Shown piece by piece: positions 35,491 through 47,750 of a DNA stretch of 64,000 nt. This DNA comes from Neoechinorhynchus agilis. Its lineage: Eukaryota; Animalia; Acanthocephala. Every line of letters starts with the position of its first letter. Within the stretch, counting starts at the first letter, position 1. Location of the stretch: positions 2,450,389 to 2,514,388 of the forward strand of contig CM121343.1 of NCBI GenBank assembly GCA_051530055.1. Direction: 5' to 3'. Both the position numbers and the translations under genes were made by a program. The notes below the pieces were generated by a model. The model saw nothing but the letters and a program-made list of their open reading frames with translations, made no database searches and was not told the origin of the DNA.

Positions 35491-36537
35491 GTGGCAAAGA
35501 TCAAATCCTTCACTGATGTGCCTGTGATGAGAAGAATAGATATTGATTTATTGTTCTCAATTTTTCGTGCGTTTCGTCGGACCACAGGCCTAAAACGTAG
35601 AGGTAGGTCATATCCTGAGTTTGTCTGTAATCAAACGCGTTTCTTTCGTTTATACAAGTTTTCAACTGCATAAAATCGACTGCGCACTTTGATTCGTAGT
35701 TTCGAAACCGTTGTCGATTTGCTCTTTTCTGGGTGTTTTCACAAGAGTTCGAGCATTTCGGCTTATTAACCTAAGCATGTAAATTTATAAATGGATATTT
35801 GGCTTTTAATTGTACTTTCAATAATTCGATGTAATCGAACAGATCTTTATTCTCCTGGTCCCGACTTTCACGGGCATGAAATAACATTTCATTTCCACTT
35901 CATGAGTTACAAATCCCACTGTGAACTTCTTTTCCAGCATAGAACACCGTCGCTTTTCCATTGCGTACAATTCGGATATAAAGTCCCCTCCTATCTTATC
36001 CGGGATACTTCGAGGTAGCCTCCTCCTTTCATAGCACCAAGAAACTCGAATTGATCAGACTCCGGACCACTCGTTGATTGTTGTTATTAGAAATCGATAT
36101 TTTTATTAGACCATTTTAAGGAATTACGATCACATTCGGTTGCAAGAGGGCGATTGAAAATGAAAATCAGGTTCAGTGATTCTTACCGAGATTTATTGAC
36201 TTCTTTCGAGAAATATATCTCATTGTATTTGACATGAATTGTAGGTCTATCGTGCTTTGATATCAGTGTTTCAGCCTCGTTATTGCCCACTATCACCTAT
36301 TCGTTGTGTCCTCCGTGCAATCTACTTTAGCCGTAATCGTAATCTTTTTCAGTTTACTTCGAGCATAACCACAAGTCACAAATCTCTGATTAAAAAGCTC
36401 TTTAAAACCAAAATGTCGATAAGTGAGCAGACTGGGTAAAGACATAAATTACATTTCTTTAATAATCGATAAAAAAATCCTTCGGATTAGTCAAAGTGTT
36501 ATTTTGGTGATAATAGTCCCGGTACTAGCACATTTGA

Positions 36538-36587
36538 TTTTTAGAAATATTTCGCGAGGTGGCCTCGCCTCATCAGTCATCTAAAAA
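36538..36587 (-). ncRNA. Minimal type I hammerhead ribozyme (PLE 3' region)
   Basis: Minus strand reads TTTTTAGATGA-CTGATGA-G-GCGAGG(CCA)CCTCGC-GAAA-TAT-T-TCTAAAAA. Confidence 0.8.
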
Positions 36588-36686
36588 ATAATATGTTTTT
36601 CTTATTCAGGTTTTGAGCTCGAGTGCGCGGGATCGCCAAACCCGAAGTTCGGGGACCAATTATCCGCTCGAACCCCCTGCGATATA

Positions 36687-37100
36687 CTACGTTTTTTCCA
36701 TGATTTTGGTATTGATTTTTAACACGTCGCTGGTTGGAAGTTTCAAGCTAAAATTAGCTTTATTTCCTTCCATTGTGTTAGACACAGCGATGTGTAAGGC
36801 CTCCAAAACAAGACGTCTTTTTAGGTTTTTCTCTATTTCAATGAAGTTGGTGCCACCAAAATCTGCTCGATGCTTGCATGTCTCTTGATGATTCGAAATT
36901 GCGGACGAATGCTCAAATCGACCGCAACCTTTCTTACATTGAGCGACCCTCTTCTTGGTGCCTTGCATCGTTTGTCCGATATATACTTTCTCACACTGTT
37001 CACAATGAATTCTGTATATCCCATGAGTCGGCTCAATTCTACCCTTTCTCTTGAATGTGCTTCTGAGCGCGATTCCTTTAGTATTGTATAGACGAATTCC
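36687..37100 (-). mobile_element. Penelope-like GIY-YIG endonuclease fragment (related to 22120-22515)
   Basis: HGIYRIHCEQCEKVYIGQTMQG...SSAISNH...RRLVLEALHI...MEGNK. Confidence 0.92.
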
Positions 37101-39386
37101 ATCCTTCTTACTCATAATGAAGTAAATCATTTGATTCGTGTTATCATCAATGAAGTGCACTCTTTCGGAGCATACAGGCTCTGCAGGCGATTTTTTGTTG
37201 TTATGCGGATGGTAGTTACACTCTCGGATTCCCCGGTCCATAATACCAGCATTAATATTCTCGTAGACGTTATTCCTTAATACGTATTTTACAGCTGATA
37301 TCTCAAATCTGTGGAAATCACTGCGTTCATCTTTAAAATCCTTTAAAAGTAACCGCTCAATCGATCAAAGGTTAAAATAATATTCGAACGGTGATGTTGT
37401 CTTTGTTCAAAGTATAATCGTCCCCTGCAACCAGAGTCAATTGTCGATTTTGGTGTAATTAATCGCTATTTGTATTTCTTGAGTAAGATTCTCTTTAACA
37501 CAGCAAATCATCGGTAGTGGTGATACTTTGACCTCATTCCTCTAAAATCTTCTCTCAGTTGGAATCTGAAATAATCTCAAGAGTTGACAAGCAAAAGTTG
37601 TATCGTATCGCAATTTTGGAAATGTTTATTTCCTTTGGCCGCATTTTTTGTGATGGAAGTGTTCTTTGTGAATCCATAAATAATTTATTTCTAATATAGG
37701 AAGTAAAAAATCTATATTTCGAATGCATCCGTTTAATCCCAAGATTAACTCTGATGCTCGACAAGGAAATTTGTACATTGGGACTACTTCAACCGCTTGC
37801 TTTATAATAAAAAATATATTTGTTCCACTAACAAAGTGTTGTTATAGGGTTGAATTAATCAAATCTCTGAGTCTTACGAAATATTGATACGCTTTTGATA
37901 AAAAGGGTTCAAATGTCCAAATAAAAATATGCGGCGAATTTTACAAGTGAAAACTTAAATTCTGCATTTTCTCCAATATAAAAATTCGAGTTTGTGAGCA
38001 TTGATATTTTTCTGAATTTAGGGCCGTACATGAACATCTTTTTAAAAGACGAAGTATTTCCGTATTAAAGTTTTCCGCCATCATCCGCTTACTGAAATTG
38101 GTTTGAAATACATTATTTAAAGAGAAAAGATTATGTTCATAGTTTTGATCTATTACTTTTCTTATAAAAAACATTCTAAACGCTGAGTCCATTCCATTTA
38201 AATTAAAAATGTTATTAATCATTGTTCGTATGACCCATCCGAATTCATGTTGTACTTCGAGCACCGCCTAAATTATCGTCGTATTCACAGTTACGTTTTG
38301 CAAAGAATTCCTGATATTTTCTTTTGTTTGCAGCAGAAATTGAGTAGTGAGTTATCTAGAGATCATCTTACAAAATTTAGCCAAATCGTCTTCCTTTCCA
38401 ACAATTGTAAACGGAAGCGAAATTTTTCGAATTGAAAAATCGATCGAATTTTGTGTAGTCATCGTCCTCTTGAAATGCCTTTAGTTCCAAAGTATTCAAG
38501 ATCTTTTAAAAAATTCAGGGATCGAAATGAAATTCAATCATTCGCTCCTATAGAAAGTCACAACGTTTGTGATTGTCAACTATCACACAGAAGCAAACAA
38601 TACTAATCACATCGACTAATTCAATTAGAATAACTTCGAATTTTCTTTAACAAAGTTTCTCATGAACATAAACTGCATATTTTAAATCGTGTTTCTCTTG
38701 GTTCGGTTTACTACTCGTCGATAATCCGAATGCACACAGAAAACTTTTCGAACATTTAATAATCCGTCGTAATCTTCAATCGAAGTATAAATTGTCGATA
38801 CAACTAATTGGAGCATTTGCATCAGTCCATCAGTGTCAAGTTCATGGATCTAAATCTGATGTCGAAGCTCCGACATGATTTATCAAGTACTGTTTTCTAA
38901 CAAATTTTCTTATAAAATGCTCTCCATATTCAAGACTTTAGAACTCCACGCGCTACTGAATTCTCAAAAGACCAAAATCCACTTTCATCCGAAATTGTTT
39001 CAGTGTATCCTTCGACAAGGATGAATTTCCGTTATGCATTGTCCATAATCAATTCATTGTAACTTGCCATACTCAAATGTCAACAACAAGGAATGTTTCC
39101 TAATTTTTAGAGTGATTGAAGGCAGCTCCATAACAAACATCCTCAAAGTCATCTCGCGATACGATCATTGTCCGTTTTTATATCTATCTCAAGTCGACAA
39201 TTTTATTATATAAGAAGAATTTTGAAAATGCTAATAGAAAACATTAGGGATCACTGATGAAAAGATTTATACACAACAATCTTAAAAGTGGCTGCTACTA
39301 ATTAAAATATCGCTAAATTTTTATAAAAACAATCCATATTGATCCATTTTAAAGGAAACACGGATTAAAATTTCCTAAGATATTCT

Positions 39387-39488
39387 TTTATAAGGTCGAC
39401 TTCAATAAAAACCAGTTCTATAATCAATTTAGTGTTCTGCAGGTATCGCTAATATCGCCATCGTTATTTATTTTATGGTCGATATTTT
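39387..39488. repeat. ~100-bp dispersed repeat, inverted copy at 63293-63394
   Basis: The reverse complement matches through TTCAATAAAAACCAGTTCTATAATCAATTTAGTGTTCTGCAGGTATCG. Confidence 0.9.
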
Positions 39489-39795
39489 TACTTCCAATAG
39501 ACAACAGATATGAATTATTTTTTATTTTTTTAGAATAAGACCTACAAAAACTTTTCTAAGTTTCTTAGACTGCAAATTTGTTGATAAACATGTCCGGAGG
39601 TCACATTTTACCTCTTAAAAGAAGGACAGCAATTTTATTGATAGATATCTGTTAGATAATCGATTTGAAGCTATAAAATCATCAATAATTAAACGGCGAA
39701 AGTTTCCAGTTTCTGCAGTATTGTTTAAGAGCACTTTATTGGGTTTTTTACAATCGTAGGTTTTATTTTGAAGATATAAACATAATTATTCGCTG

Positions 39796-39860
39796 TCCTC
39801 ATCCTCAATTGTCGCCCGAATACTTGCAGTGCTGGCTAAATCGAGGTATTTCGCCGTTTT
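39796..39860 (-). mobile_element. Internally deleted 3' end of the CRE-like family seen at 45690-46050
   Basis: AAAACGGCGAAATACCTCGATTTAGC is joined directly to GCAAGTATTCGGGCGACAATTGAG. Both segments occur about 170 nt apart in the 45.8-46.0 kb copy. Confidence 0.75.
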
Positions 39861-41134
39861 CGAATAGACTTGAAGGTATTTTGAAGAGAATGTCGAAAAT
39901 GAAACTTTCGCCGAAATTGGAGATTGGTCTAAATATTTCGCGAGGAAGCCTCATCTTATGAGCCATTGCATCTAAGGTTTCTACAATCACATCGAAATCC
40001 GGGATTATGATTTTTCTCTCTATGATTTTCATCAAAATGGATTTTAATGATTATCAAGACATATTTGTCAAGCAATGTTTGGGTTTTAGGTAGATGTCGT
40101 TTTAGAATTAAAAATCCGCTGGACATAAATATAGATTTTCACTTGCTTCTTTTATAGCGAATTTTTTATCATTTAGTGCGATCACGGAGGAACGGAGAAA
40201 ATTGGTACTGAAAACAGCAATAAATTCAATTTTTCAGCGGTCACTTAAATTGAAATCAATTTTTACGAAAATTAAAAAAGAAGTCATATAGAATTGTCGT
40301 CGGGATGAATTTGATTCCCGTTCGGCGGAAAAACATCGCCAAACTCGAATAAAAAAGAAGTGTTAACATTTTCGATACAAAATAAAAAGCTTAGATGCAA
40401 TCAAAGGCTAGATCAGTTCAAATAGAGGCATTCGAGGATCTTTAAAATCGAATAATTTTCGAAAGAAGATTGAAAAGCTAAGTGAATGGATGTCCGGTTA
40501 AATTAATAAAAAGTTATGAACGATTCGTTGAACCTGTCACACATTTGAAAAACCCGAAGTCACGGAAAACAAAACAAATTATTAATGGCGAAAATATTAC
40601 GATGGTTATTAAGATCACGGATAAATTTGGTATTCGATTCGCCCTTCAAACTTCTTAGTAAAATTTTGACTGAGAATATCCTGAAATTTTCTAGCGTTCA
40701 ATCGAGTATCAAAGTTCAGGTTTTGTACTTTTTGATTTGTTAATGGCGGAAAAATTGAAGGGATTTAATAAAATTCCTTAGAAGTGCTTGTCTATTTCAA
40801 AAACACAGCTTAAAGACCGTGAAAATCTCGACACGATCCGAACCTTGAAACACGATAATGACCTTGAAACGTGGTAGACGGCTGTGTGAGTATTCTCCTT
40901 GTTGAGCGCAGGTCTTTCTCCGTGTTGATGGTTGATTGAACGAAGCCAATTTCGAAAGTAGGTTTTCAATATAGGAATCGTGTGATCGCAACCGGAAAAT
41001 TGATTTTCTTAATTTATGACGCGCAAAAGACATTCTTCCAGATATGGCAAAAAGTATGCGGCAAAATAGTTTTCTGCAGGTATCCCCAGGGAGCTGGGAT
41101 TGTGCATCTGTGTAATGTTTTGCTCAGCATAATG

Positions 41135-41236
41135 CTTGAACCTACGTTTGAGCGAGGTACCTGTTAAGCCTTCCACGAAAGGCAATCGATTCCATATTTT
41201 TTGGCTATCACCTTGATACCAAGGAGGTGGTACCTA
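41135..41236 (+). ncRNA. Candidate small structured RNA with spliced-leader/Sm-class architecture (tentative)
   Basis: A hairpin holding AG|GT, then hairpin GCCTT/AAGGC, an Sm-like ATTTTTTGG, and a 3' hairpin CCTTG/CAAGG. Confidence 0.25.
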
Positions 41237-41299
41237 CTCTTTGGGTGGATATAACACTGGATTGTGGATCAATGAGACGTTTCTTTTTACAACTTATAA

Positions 41300-41307
41300 T
41301 GACGTCA
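41300..41307. promoter_or_regulatory. TGACGTCA palindrome (CRE/ATF-type site) upstream of ataxin-2
   Basis: Perfect 8-mer about 230 nt before the ATG; function untested. Confidence 0.3.
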
Positions 41308-41538
41308 TACCAACCCACGTACGTAAATATTTACGTGATTTGAAACTGTCATTTGGCACGACAATATTCTTCTTGATTCTTCCGTTTGTTACGTAGAGCT
41401 CTGTCTGCCCTTTAAACCGCGTCAACGTCCTCCGTCGCCATCACCTCCTGGATTGGGGGATTTCAAGTGTGTTGCTTCCTGTCTGCGAGCTTCTGTGATT
41501 GCTATTTCAGATAATATCAGACCATCACACGGGTCCCG

Positions 41539-43929
41539 ATGACCGATGACGATGGCTGGATCGAGGTTGGACCTAAAGGAAAGCCAATATATCCCAAAAA
41601 ATTGAGCGATCCGGAGAAAAAGGTGCTTCGATTCGCTCCCTTACTCGCAAAGCCTGTCTTGGTTACACTAAGAGACGGCGCCGTTGCGATTGGTCGCCTA
41701 TACACGGTTTCGCCAAATCTGGACTTCGCTTTAAGGGACGGAAAGATTACACGGAATGGAATAACGACGGGGTGTCCTGCGTCCAAAACAATGGTAATAC
41801 GGCATGAGAAGTGGGTCAGTATCCGTGCAAAGGAGGAGACAGCAGTAGAAGGGTTCAAAACGGATGCCGTGATTTCTTCTAAGACGTCGAAAGTGGACGA
41901 AGGTGTGGACGATGAGAAGAAGAGTGAATTGGTACCGTTCTTTGACCAAGACGATAATGGAGAAGGCGAAGAGTTGGGCGCTGACGGACCGGAAACCGGG
42001 TGGGATTCGGCGTCCATGATCCGAGCTTTCGACCAGCGCAATCCTGGAAAGACGAGTTACCGTGGTATAGACAATGTCTACACGAACGTAGAAGTTCCGG
42101 TTCTTGATCCAGCTTTGGCTCGACGTGTGGATGAAATGGCTCGACGTACTAGGCCAACTGATGATGAATACGTTGAAGGAAGGGATGAGGAGGCTGCGTT
42201 TGCTAGCGTCGCACGGGTGGACGTTTCCCAATCCACCAGATATGGCAGTGAAAGGAACAGAAGATCTCATCCGTATGGTCAACGAGTTTTCACTCGTCAG
42301 AAGAACCCACAACAAAATCAACAGCAGCAGCAACAACAACAAAATCAGCAGCACCAGCAAAACCAAGTTCCTAATCGAATCAATAGTGGCCGCCAATTTT
42401 CAAGTGGAGGAAAGCAACAGCAGCATTCCATGGTTAGGTACAGTCCTCAAGAACAGTATAACAGAAATCGTGCAGAGAATCCGAGAAATGTATGGATAGG
42501 TAGAGGTCGCGGCAAATATCATGGAAATCAACAAAGGTTTCCGAGACTTCCAATACCTGATAAAAGACCGTCTTCCTCTGATCATGGTACGAGCGAAGTT
42601 AGAAACCGCCTAAGGCCGGTCGTTAATGAGTGGGAATTACGAAAACAAAGATTGGCAGCACAACAGGCGGCCACTGCGCAACTGAATAGACAGGAACCAA
42701 TCGCAGCAACCACCTCTAGTAACTTGAACGATCCAGCTTCTAGCTCAACCCTTGAGACTTCCTCTCAAGTTTCGCCAGTACAACAAGTTTCAGCCGGCGT
42801 TATGACCTCACCAACGAACAAACTTTCAATATCGGAAACAATGATTGTATCTCCCCCAAAGCACTTCATTGCTCGGCCAGCGGATTCAGTGTTTACCAGT
42901 AACAATAATAAGGCCCCTTCGAGCTTGGTCGCATCGACTGAACAGCTCTCGTCCACGGGTGAACAAATCACCAATCACGCTACATCGTCTATTCCCTATG
43001 CTGATGACGTTTCAGTCACACAATCAAACCGATCCGCATCCAGTGATAAGGAAGAAGAGCTGTGGAACGTACTAAACACGGTTGAGGAGTACATTCCAAG
43101 TACAGTTCCTCAAACGTCGTGTGCGAAGGAAATCCCTTTAATGGAATCGGGTTTAGTGGCAACAACAACAACAACAGGAACCGATACAGCACTCAATGCT
43201 ATGAGTCGAGCTTCAGATGCTCCAAATGAAGAGGAAGTATACTATGCCCAACCGGAAGTATCTGAACCCGTTTCTGTGTCTTCGTCGTCTGCAGTACCAG
43301 ATCCAATCTTACAGAATCCATATCTTGTATTTCAACAGCAAGGATTCGGAAACCAAATGCCTTTCGATAGCGTACAACATCAAATGATTGCAACCGCATA
43401 CTTAAACTTTGCCTCAAACGTGCTAACGCAGCATCCATCTATTGCGGCGGCAGCTGCAGCAGCCGCGCCCAATATTGCCTATTTTCAACCTCATGCGGCA
43501 CCAAACTTCAATGCGATCGCCATAGACCCAACTGCTCAATTGTTGACTTTCCTGAATCCACCATTTCAGGTGGCAGCGGCACCGCAACAAGTCCAAGGAC
43601 CACCTCAGCCATTTTACACCCAACCTGGTGGTGCAACGTCATCCGTTGCGCCATTTTCGGCCCAAGACATGCCGTATATTTCACTGTATCCGTTTCCGGC
43701 CGCCAATCAGCACGTGACTGCTCAACCGATCTTTCCATTGCCACCTCCAGCCAGCACCTACGTCCAACGCGTCACCATTCCTCCTCATAATGACCACCGT
43801 GGCGGACGTCCTAACAACTACCGAGGACGTGGCTTTGGTCGAGGAAGGCGTAGTAGCATGAGGGGTAGCTCGCGACGACCAAGCCACACCGCAGAGACAA
43901 ATGCAGGAGGGGACGGACCGCGTGAGTGA
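41539..43929 (+). CDS. ATXN2: Ataxin-2/Pbp1 family RNA-binding protein (796 aa, single exon)
   Basis: Lsm domain (VLVTLRDGAVAIGRLYTVSPNLDFAL), FKTDAVISS, LELVPF-like segment, LsmAD (GWDSASMI...SYRGIDNVYT...RDEEAAFASVAR), polyQ tract, and Pro/Gln/Ala-rich and RGG-like tail. Confidence 0.9.
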   Translation: MTDDDGWIEVGPKGKPIYPKKLSDPEKKVLRFAPLLAKPVLVTLRDGAVAIGRLYTVSPNLDFALRDGKITRNGITTGCPASKTMVIRHEKWVSIRAKEETAVEGFKTDAVISSKTSKVDEGVDDEKKSELVPFFDQDDNGEGEELGADGPETGWDSASMIRAFDQRNPGKTSYRGIDNVYTNVEVPVLDPALARRVDEMARRTRPTDDEYVEGRDEEAAFASVARVDVSQSTRYGSERNRRSHPYGQRVFTRQKNPQQNQQQQQQQQNQQHQQNQVPNRINSGRQFSSGGKQQQHSMVRYSPQEQYNRNRAENPRNVWIGRGRGKYHGNQQRFPRLPIPDKRPSSSDHGTSEVRNRLRPVVNEWELRKQRLAAQQAATAQLNRQEPIAATTSSNLNDPASSSTLETSSQVSPVQQVSAGVMTSPTNKLSISETMIVSPPKHFIARPADSVFTSNNNKAPSSLVASTEQLSSTGEQITNHATSSIPYADDVSVTQSNRSASSDKEEELWNVLNTVEEYIPSTVPQTSCAKEIPLMESGLVATTTTTGTDTALNAMSRASDAPNEEEVYYAQPEVSEPVSVSSSSAVPDPILQNPYLVFQQQGFGNQMPFDSVQHQMIATAYLNFASNVLTQHPSIAAAAAAAAPNIAYFQPHAAPNFNAIAIDPTAQLLTFLNPPFQVAAAPQQVQGPPQPFYTQPGGATSSVAPFSAQDMPYISLYPFPAANQHVTAQPIFPLPPPASTYVQRVTIPPHNDHRGGRPNNYRGRGFGRGRRSSMRGSSRRPSHTAETNAGGDGPRE

Positions 43930-44842
43930 GTGCCACCCACACTGTAAGTTGTCCAGTCTCGAATGAGTATTCGCAACTACTCAAAAACTCGTTTTTATCG
44001 GGATCACGAAGGCAATGAACGCAATAAGTTCACAACACTTAAAGAAACATCCACTAGTGTGCCAGAGCCGCGAAAGAATCTCCTTGGCCCATTCTGGGTC
44101 GTTGGCGACTATTAAATTTGTTGTTTTGGTCTTCGCAAAGACGTGAATCTCCCAGTAAAACGTAAAACAACAAATCTAATCGATAGCCAACTTTTCCCCA
44201 TCATATCAATAGGTGAAGAAACTATTCCTTTTTTGTGTTCTCAATGGCTCTAGGAATGAAAACTTTTTGTTCAATGCGTTCTCCGTTTACGCTAATCGCA
44301 TTTATCTTTTTACACTCTAAAAATGTACTCACTGAATCACGAAACATTCAACGGAATAACACCCACAGACGAAAAGGCAAATCAAATGCAAAAGTTTTAA
44401 CTTCGAAGGTACGAGCTGGTTCTCTCAAAACGCTACGGTTTGTAAAGTTTGAGTTCTAAATTTTCATTTTACGTTTATATAATTAATAGCCATTAAGAAG
44501 AGATTGATGCTAGTGTTTTCTACAGATTTAAAAGTGTACGATTTCAATGTCCATTTCGTTAATTTTTTAAATATTTACCTCGTTGTACTGGTGAAGTGTA
44601 GAGTATTTTTGAAATTCCCGACCATCATCGATTATTGAGACTGTCTTGTTTTATACGGTACATAGTCCATAAATTTATATTCTTTGTGCATTAACAAACA
44701 AAACGTGATATTTTTAGATGTTTGTATCTTATTGGGCATTGCGTTGATCGGAGTTCAATTTCACTTATAGTGGCCTTTTTTTGCATCTACGAATTTTTCA
44801 CTTGTCGTGAACCTAATAAGTGCAACTGAATTATAAAGGCAA

Positions 44843-45620
44843 TCATTGGTTTTTATTAGGTAAGAACTGAAAACCCGCTTCTTTCAAAAAGTCAGGCGAG
44901 CTCTCCAAGAAGTCGAAATCTAAGGGTATGTTTAACTCGTCTAATGGTAATATGATATCTTCTAAACCCATTGAATCACTTAACGACCATCTATCAACAT
45001 TGACCATTTTCCATGGACTACCGTCATCGTCGGGTACATCACGTGCCTTCATTTTCTTCTTCTTTTTCCCCTCTTGCTTTTTAATATATTCTAAGGCCCA
45101 ATTCATACTTTCTAAAGGCTGATTATCAATACTTTCTTTTTCCACCCTCTCCTTTTCCTCCTCCTCCTCCTCCTCGTCATCATCACTGGATGATTCCTCC
45201 GTTTCCCTCGGTGAAAGTACCGGCTTTTTGAAGCGAAACCTACCGGGTACATAGTGACCAATGTCCACTACTTCGCTAAACTCGTCCTTCAATGTATCTA
45301 CAAATGTTCGCCCATAGATTATAAGTTCGTCTTCTTCCAAGTCGAATTTTTCGGTTTTTTTCAAGAGCTGCTCTCCATTTTTAGTCTCTGAAAATCCTTG
45401 TAGGATCCTCTTTGAAAATCTAAGGGTAAGTCAGAGGCTTAACATTTTAGCGACCTACAGCAAGTTTGTTAAAATACGTTTCCTTGACTATTAACTCCAT
45501 GTCCCAATCGAATGCTTGATCATAACCTTTAATTTCAAGAGATCTTGCGTGCTCTTCCCTGTTTAGATCGAGCCACATCATTGTGATGTCGATTTGAGAT
45601 ATTCTTTTCTCAATCAACAT
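44843..45620 (-). CDS. Orphan acidic protein, 2-exon model (45620-45478, 45419-44843; 239 aa)
   Basis: A 58-nt GT-AG intron (45420-45477) with a CTGAC branch-like motif joins two open frames in phase. Contains a poly-E/D tract. Further upstream exons are possible. Confidence 0.6.
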
Positions 45621-45689
45621 TACCTATTGTAAATTTCTAATTATGGCATGATGCACACGTTTAAGATTTTGCTGTCATTCGTTTTGGTT

Positions 45690-46050
45690 AACCTCTTTAG
45701 GGACGACGGGCGTAGACCTGATGGGGTGACCGCATTTCCGTGGCGGGAGGGACGCCATTTGTGTCGATACACTCGCAGCCAGCAATCTCAAGTTCTCGGT
45801 GGTTCAAGCTGGAGGTGCAACGAGCGTTGCGGAAGGACGGAAAACGGCAAAATACCTCGATTTAGCTAAAGTGTTTGTGCCTTTTGGGGTTGAGACCTAC
45901 GGATCTCTTGGTAGCGAGGCTCTTCAACTTCTGAAGGATCTGAAGCGACGCCTTCAGGTTAAAACCGGGGATGGCTCAAAATATCAGCATCGCCGTGTTG
46001 AGAGGCAACATTGCAAGCATTCGGGCGACAATTGAGGGCGAGGACGACTA
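45690..46050 (+). mobile_element. CRE-like retrotransposon 3' end (restriction-like endonuclease region)
   Basis: RDDGRRPDGVTAFPWREG...FVPFGVETYGSLGSEALQLLKDL. Confidence 0.88.
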
Positions 46051-46160
46051 GGCATATAACCGTTTGTGAGCGATTAGCGACTAAACATTTTATATTTTTC
46101 TTTTTCAAAAAACCAAAATCCAGTTACAAAATGACTTTTATGAATTTCGTGTGCCGGAGA

Positions 46161-47750
46161 TCATCCTTTGGGATGATAGAGTTGAATTTGTGGTGATCGT
46201 AATGCCCCTATCGGAGAATTATGATCATCACAGTTCTATTATTAAATTTAGAAGATTTTCTAGGATTAATACGACGGTCAAACCAAAATGTTTACCTCTT
46301 TGTCGCATTTTTGCTCAGCTTTTGTTATTAGTCTCATTGTACGTGCGAGCTGGATTAGGCGTAATCGTATAAGTTTAGATATTAGATAGAATTTAACGTA
46401 GAATATTCGTTGAAATGCGGTAAACAACAGACCTCCAGGAGGGGACGCGAGAGTAATAACTCTGATCAATTCATCTATAATATTAAATCATTCTAGCAAA
46501 AATGCAAGGATTTTGTATCGTTACTTACCAAATATTGCAATCTCCTTATAAGGCGATTGAAAAAAACGACTGATGGATTTAGGACTGTTTTCAAAATCGT
46601 ACATGTCTTGCATTATGCCAGCTATATCAATATTTTCTTCGCGACTAACCGATTGTAATATGTCAATGCCTCGTTTGTACCATATTCTATTTAAAACTTT
46701 AAGTTTTTATGGGACATAGTTTCTTTACCTCGGCTTGAATAATTCGTCGATAAAGCTCGGTTTGAACCTGTTGTTCTCTGGGCATTTCATAAGTTCATCA
46801 ATCGTTCTAGACTTCGTTAAGGAGAACATTGACTCCTTAGGCTTGTTTCTCGGAGGGGGTTTCATTTTTCCAACAGCAGAATTGTATTCGCTTGTCCTGA
46901 GTGCCAAATGAATCTTATATTTTCTTGCTTTTATATCAAAGAAACTCTGCATCGTTTTAGTTAAACTTTTTAAAAATTCGTCATTGATGTTTTCAATTTT
47001 CTTTCTAGACAATTTCAGCACATACGGCGACCGCAATCGTCGTAATTTTCTCTTTAATACTCTGTGAAATGCTCGTCCTTTGTTGTATTTAAGCAGAAAT
47101 TGTTGCTTTTTTGAAGACCAGTAAAGAATTTCGTCCATTTCAGCATTATCCTTTTTAGATAATATTACATTTGAACAATTTATCGGATACGTACCGCATC
47201 ATTATCGAGGGAACGATACTTTGCAATATGACCGCAAATTCGCTTCCCAGGTAACTTTTAGTGCAAAACAACGATTAAGCTTCATTTACAAAAAAAGTGA
47301 TACTTACGTTATCAGCATCCAAAATTTCAATTTCATCGCCATACTTTAAGTATATCTTCGGATCTAAGAATATGTGATTGCAATGATTATCCAATTCAGT
47401 TCCATTCGGCTCCACTGGTGGATCCTTTGAGCGCAATATCTCCGTATAGTAAAGAAGCCACTTGTCTCTCTAAAGCTTACCTCAAAACTGTCCTCAAACT
47501 GATCTTCTGACGGGTTACACATGTCGTGATAACATAGTGAGTCCTCACTCACGTCCGAATCTGTTGAAGCGAAATCCATTATGGTATCAATCTTGACTTT
47601 TTCGTTGTTCAAAGAAGTTCCCATGGAAACGGTTATGAATTTTCTTGTCACTGCTAAAATTAATCCAACGAATATTCGCTAACTCAACCTTCGTCATTTC
47701 TTCGTAGCCTAGAAGAGCGCACAGACTCCCGGATTGATGTGTAAATATTT
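46161..47750 (-). CDS. Orphan multi-exon gene (at least 8 exons); 5' end unresolved within the 132-bp array
   Basis: Seven GT-AG introns of 35, 56, 53, 44, 42, 54 and 60 nt (47654-47688, 47425-47480, 47255-47307, 47151-47194, 46687-46728, 46475-46528, 46236-46295) link open exons with consistent phases. Stop TGA at 46161-46163; the last acceptor has an alternative. Confidence 0.75.

Noticed and set aside
41186-41202. TTCCATATTTTTT resembling the U6 snRNA 3' end
   Set aside because: There is no ACAGAGA box or any other U6 sequence upstream.
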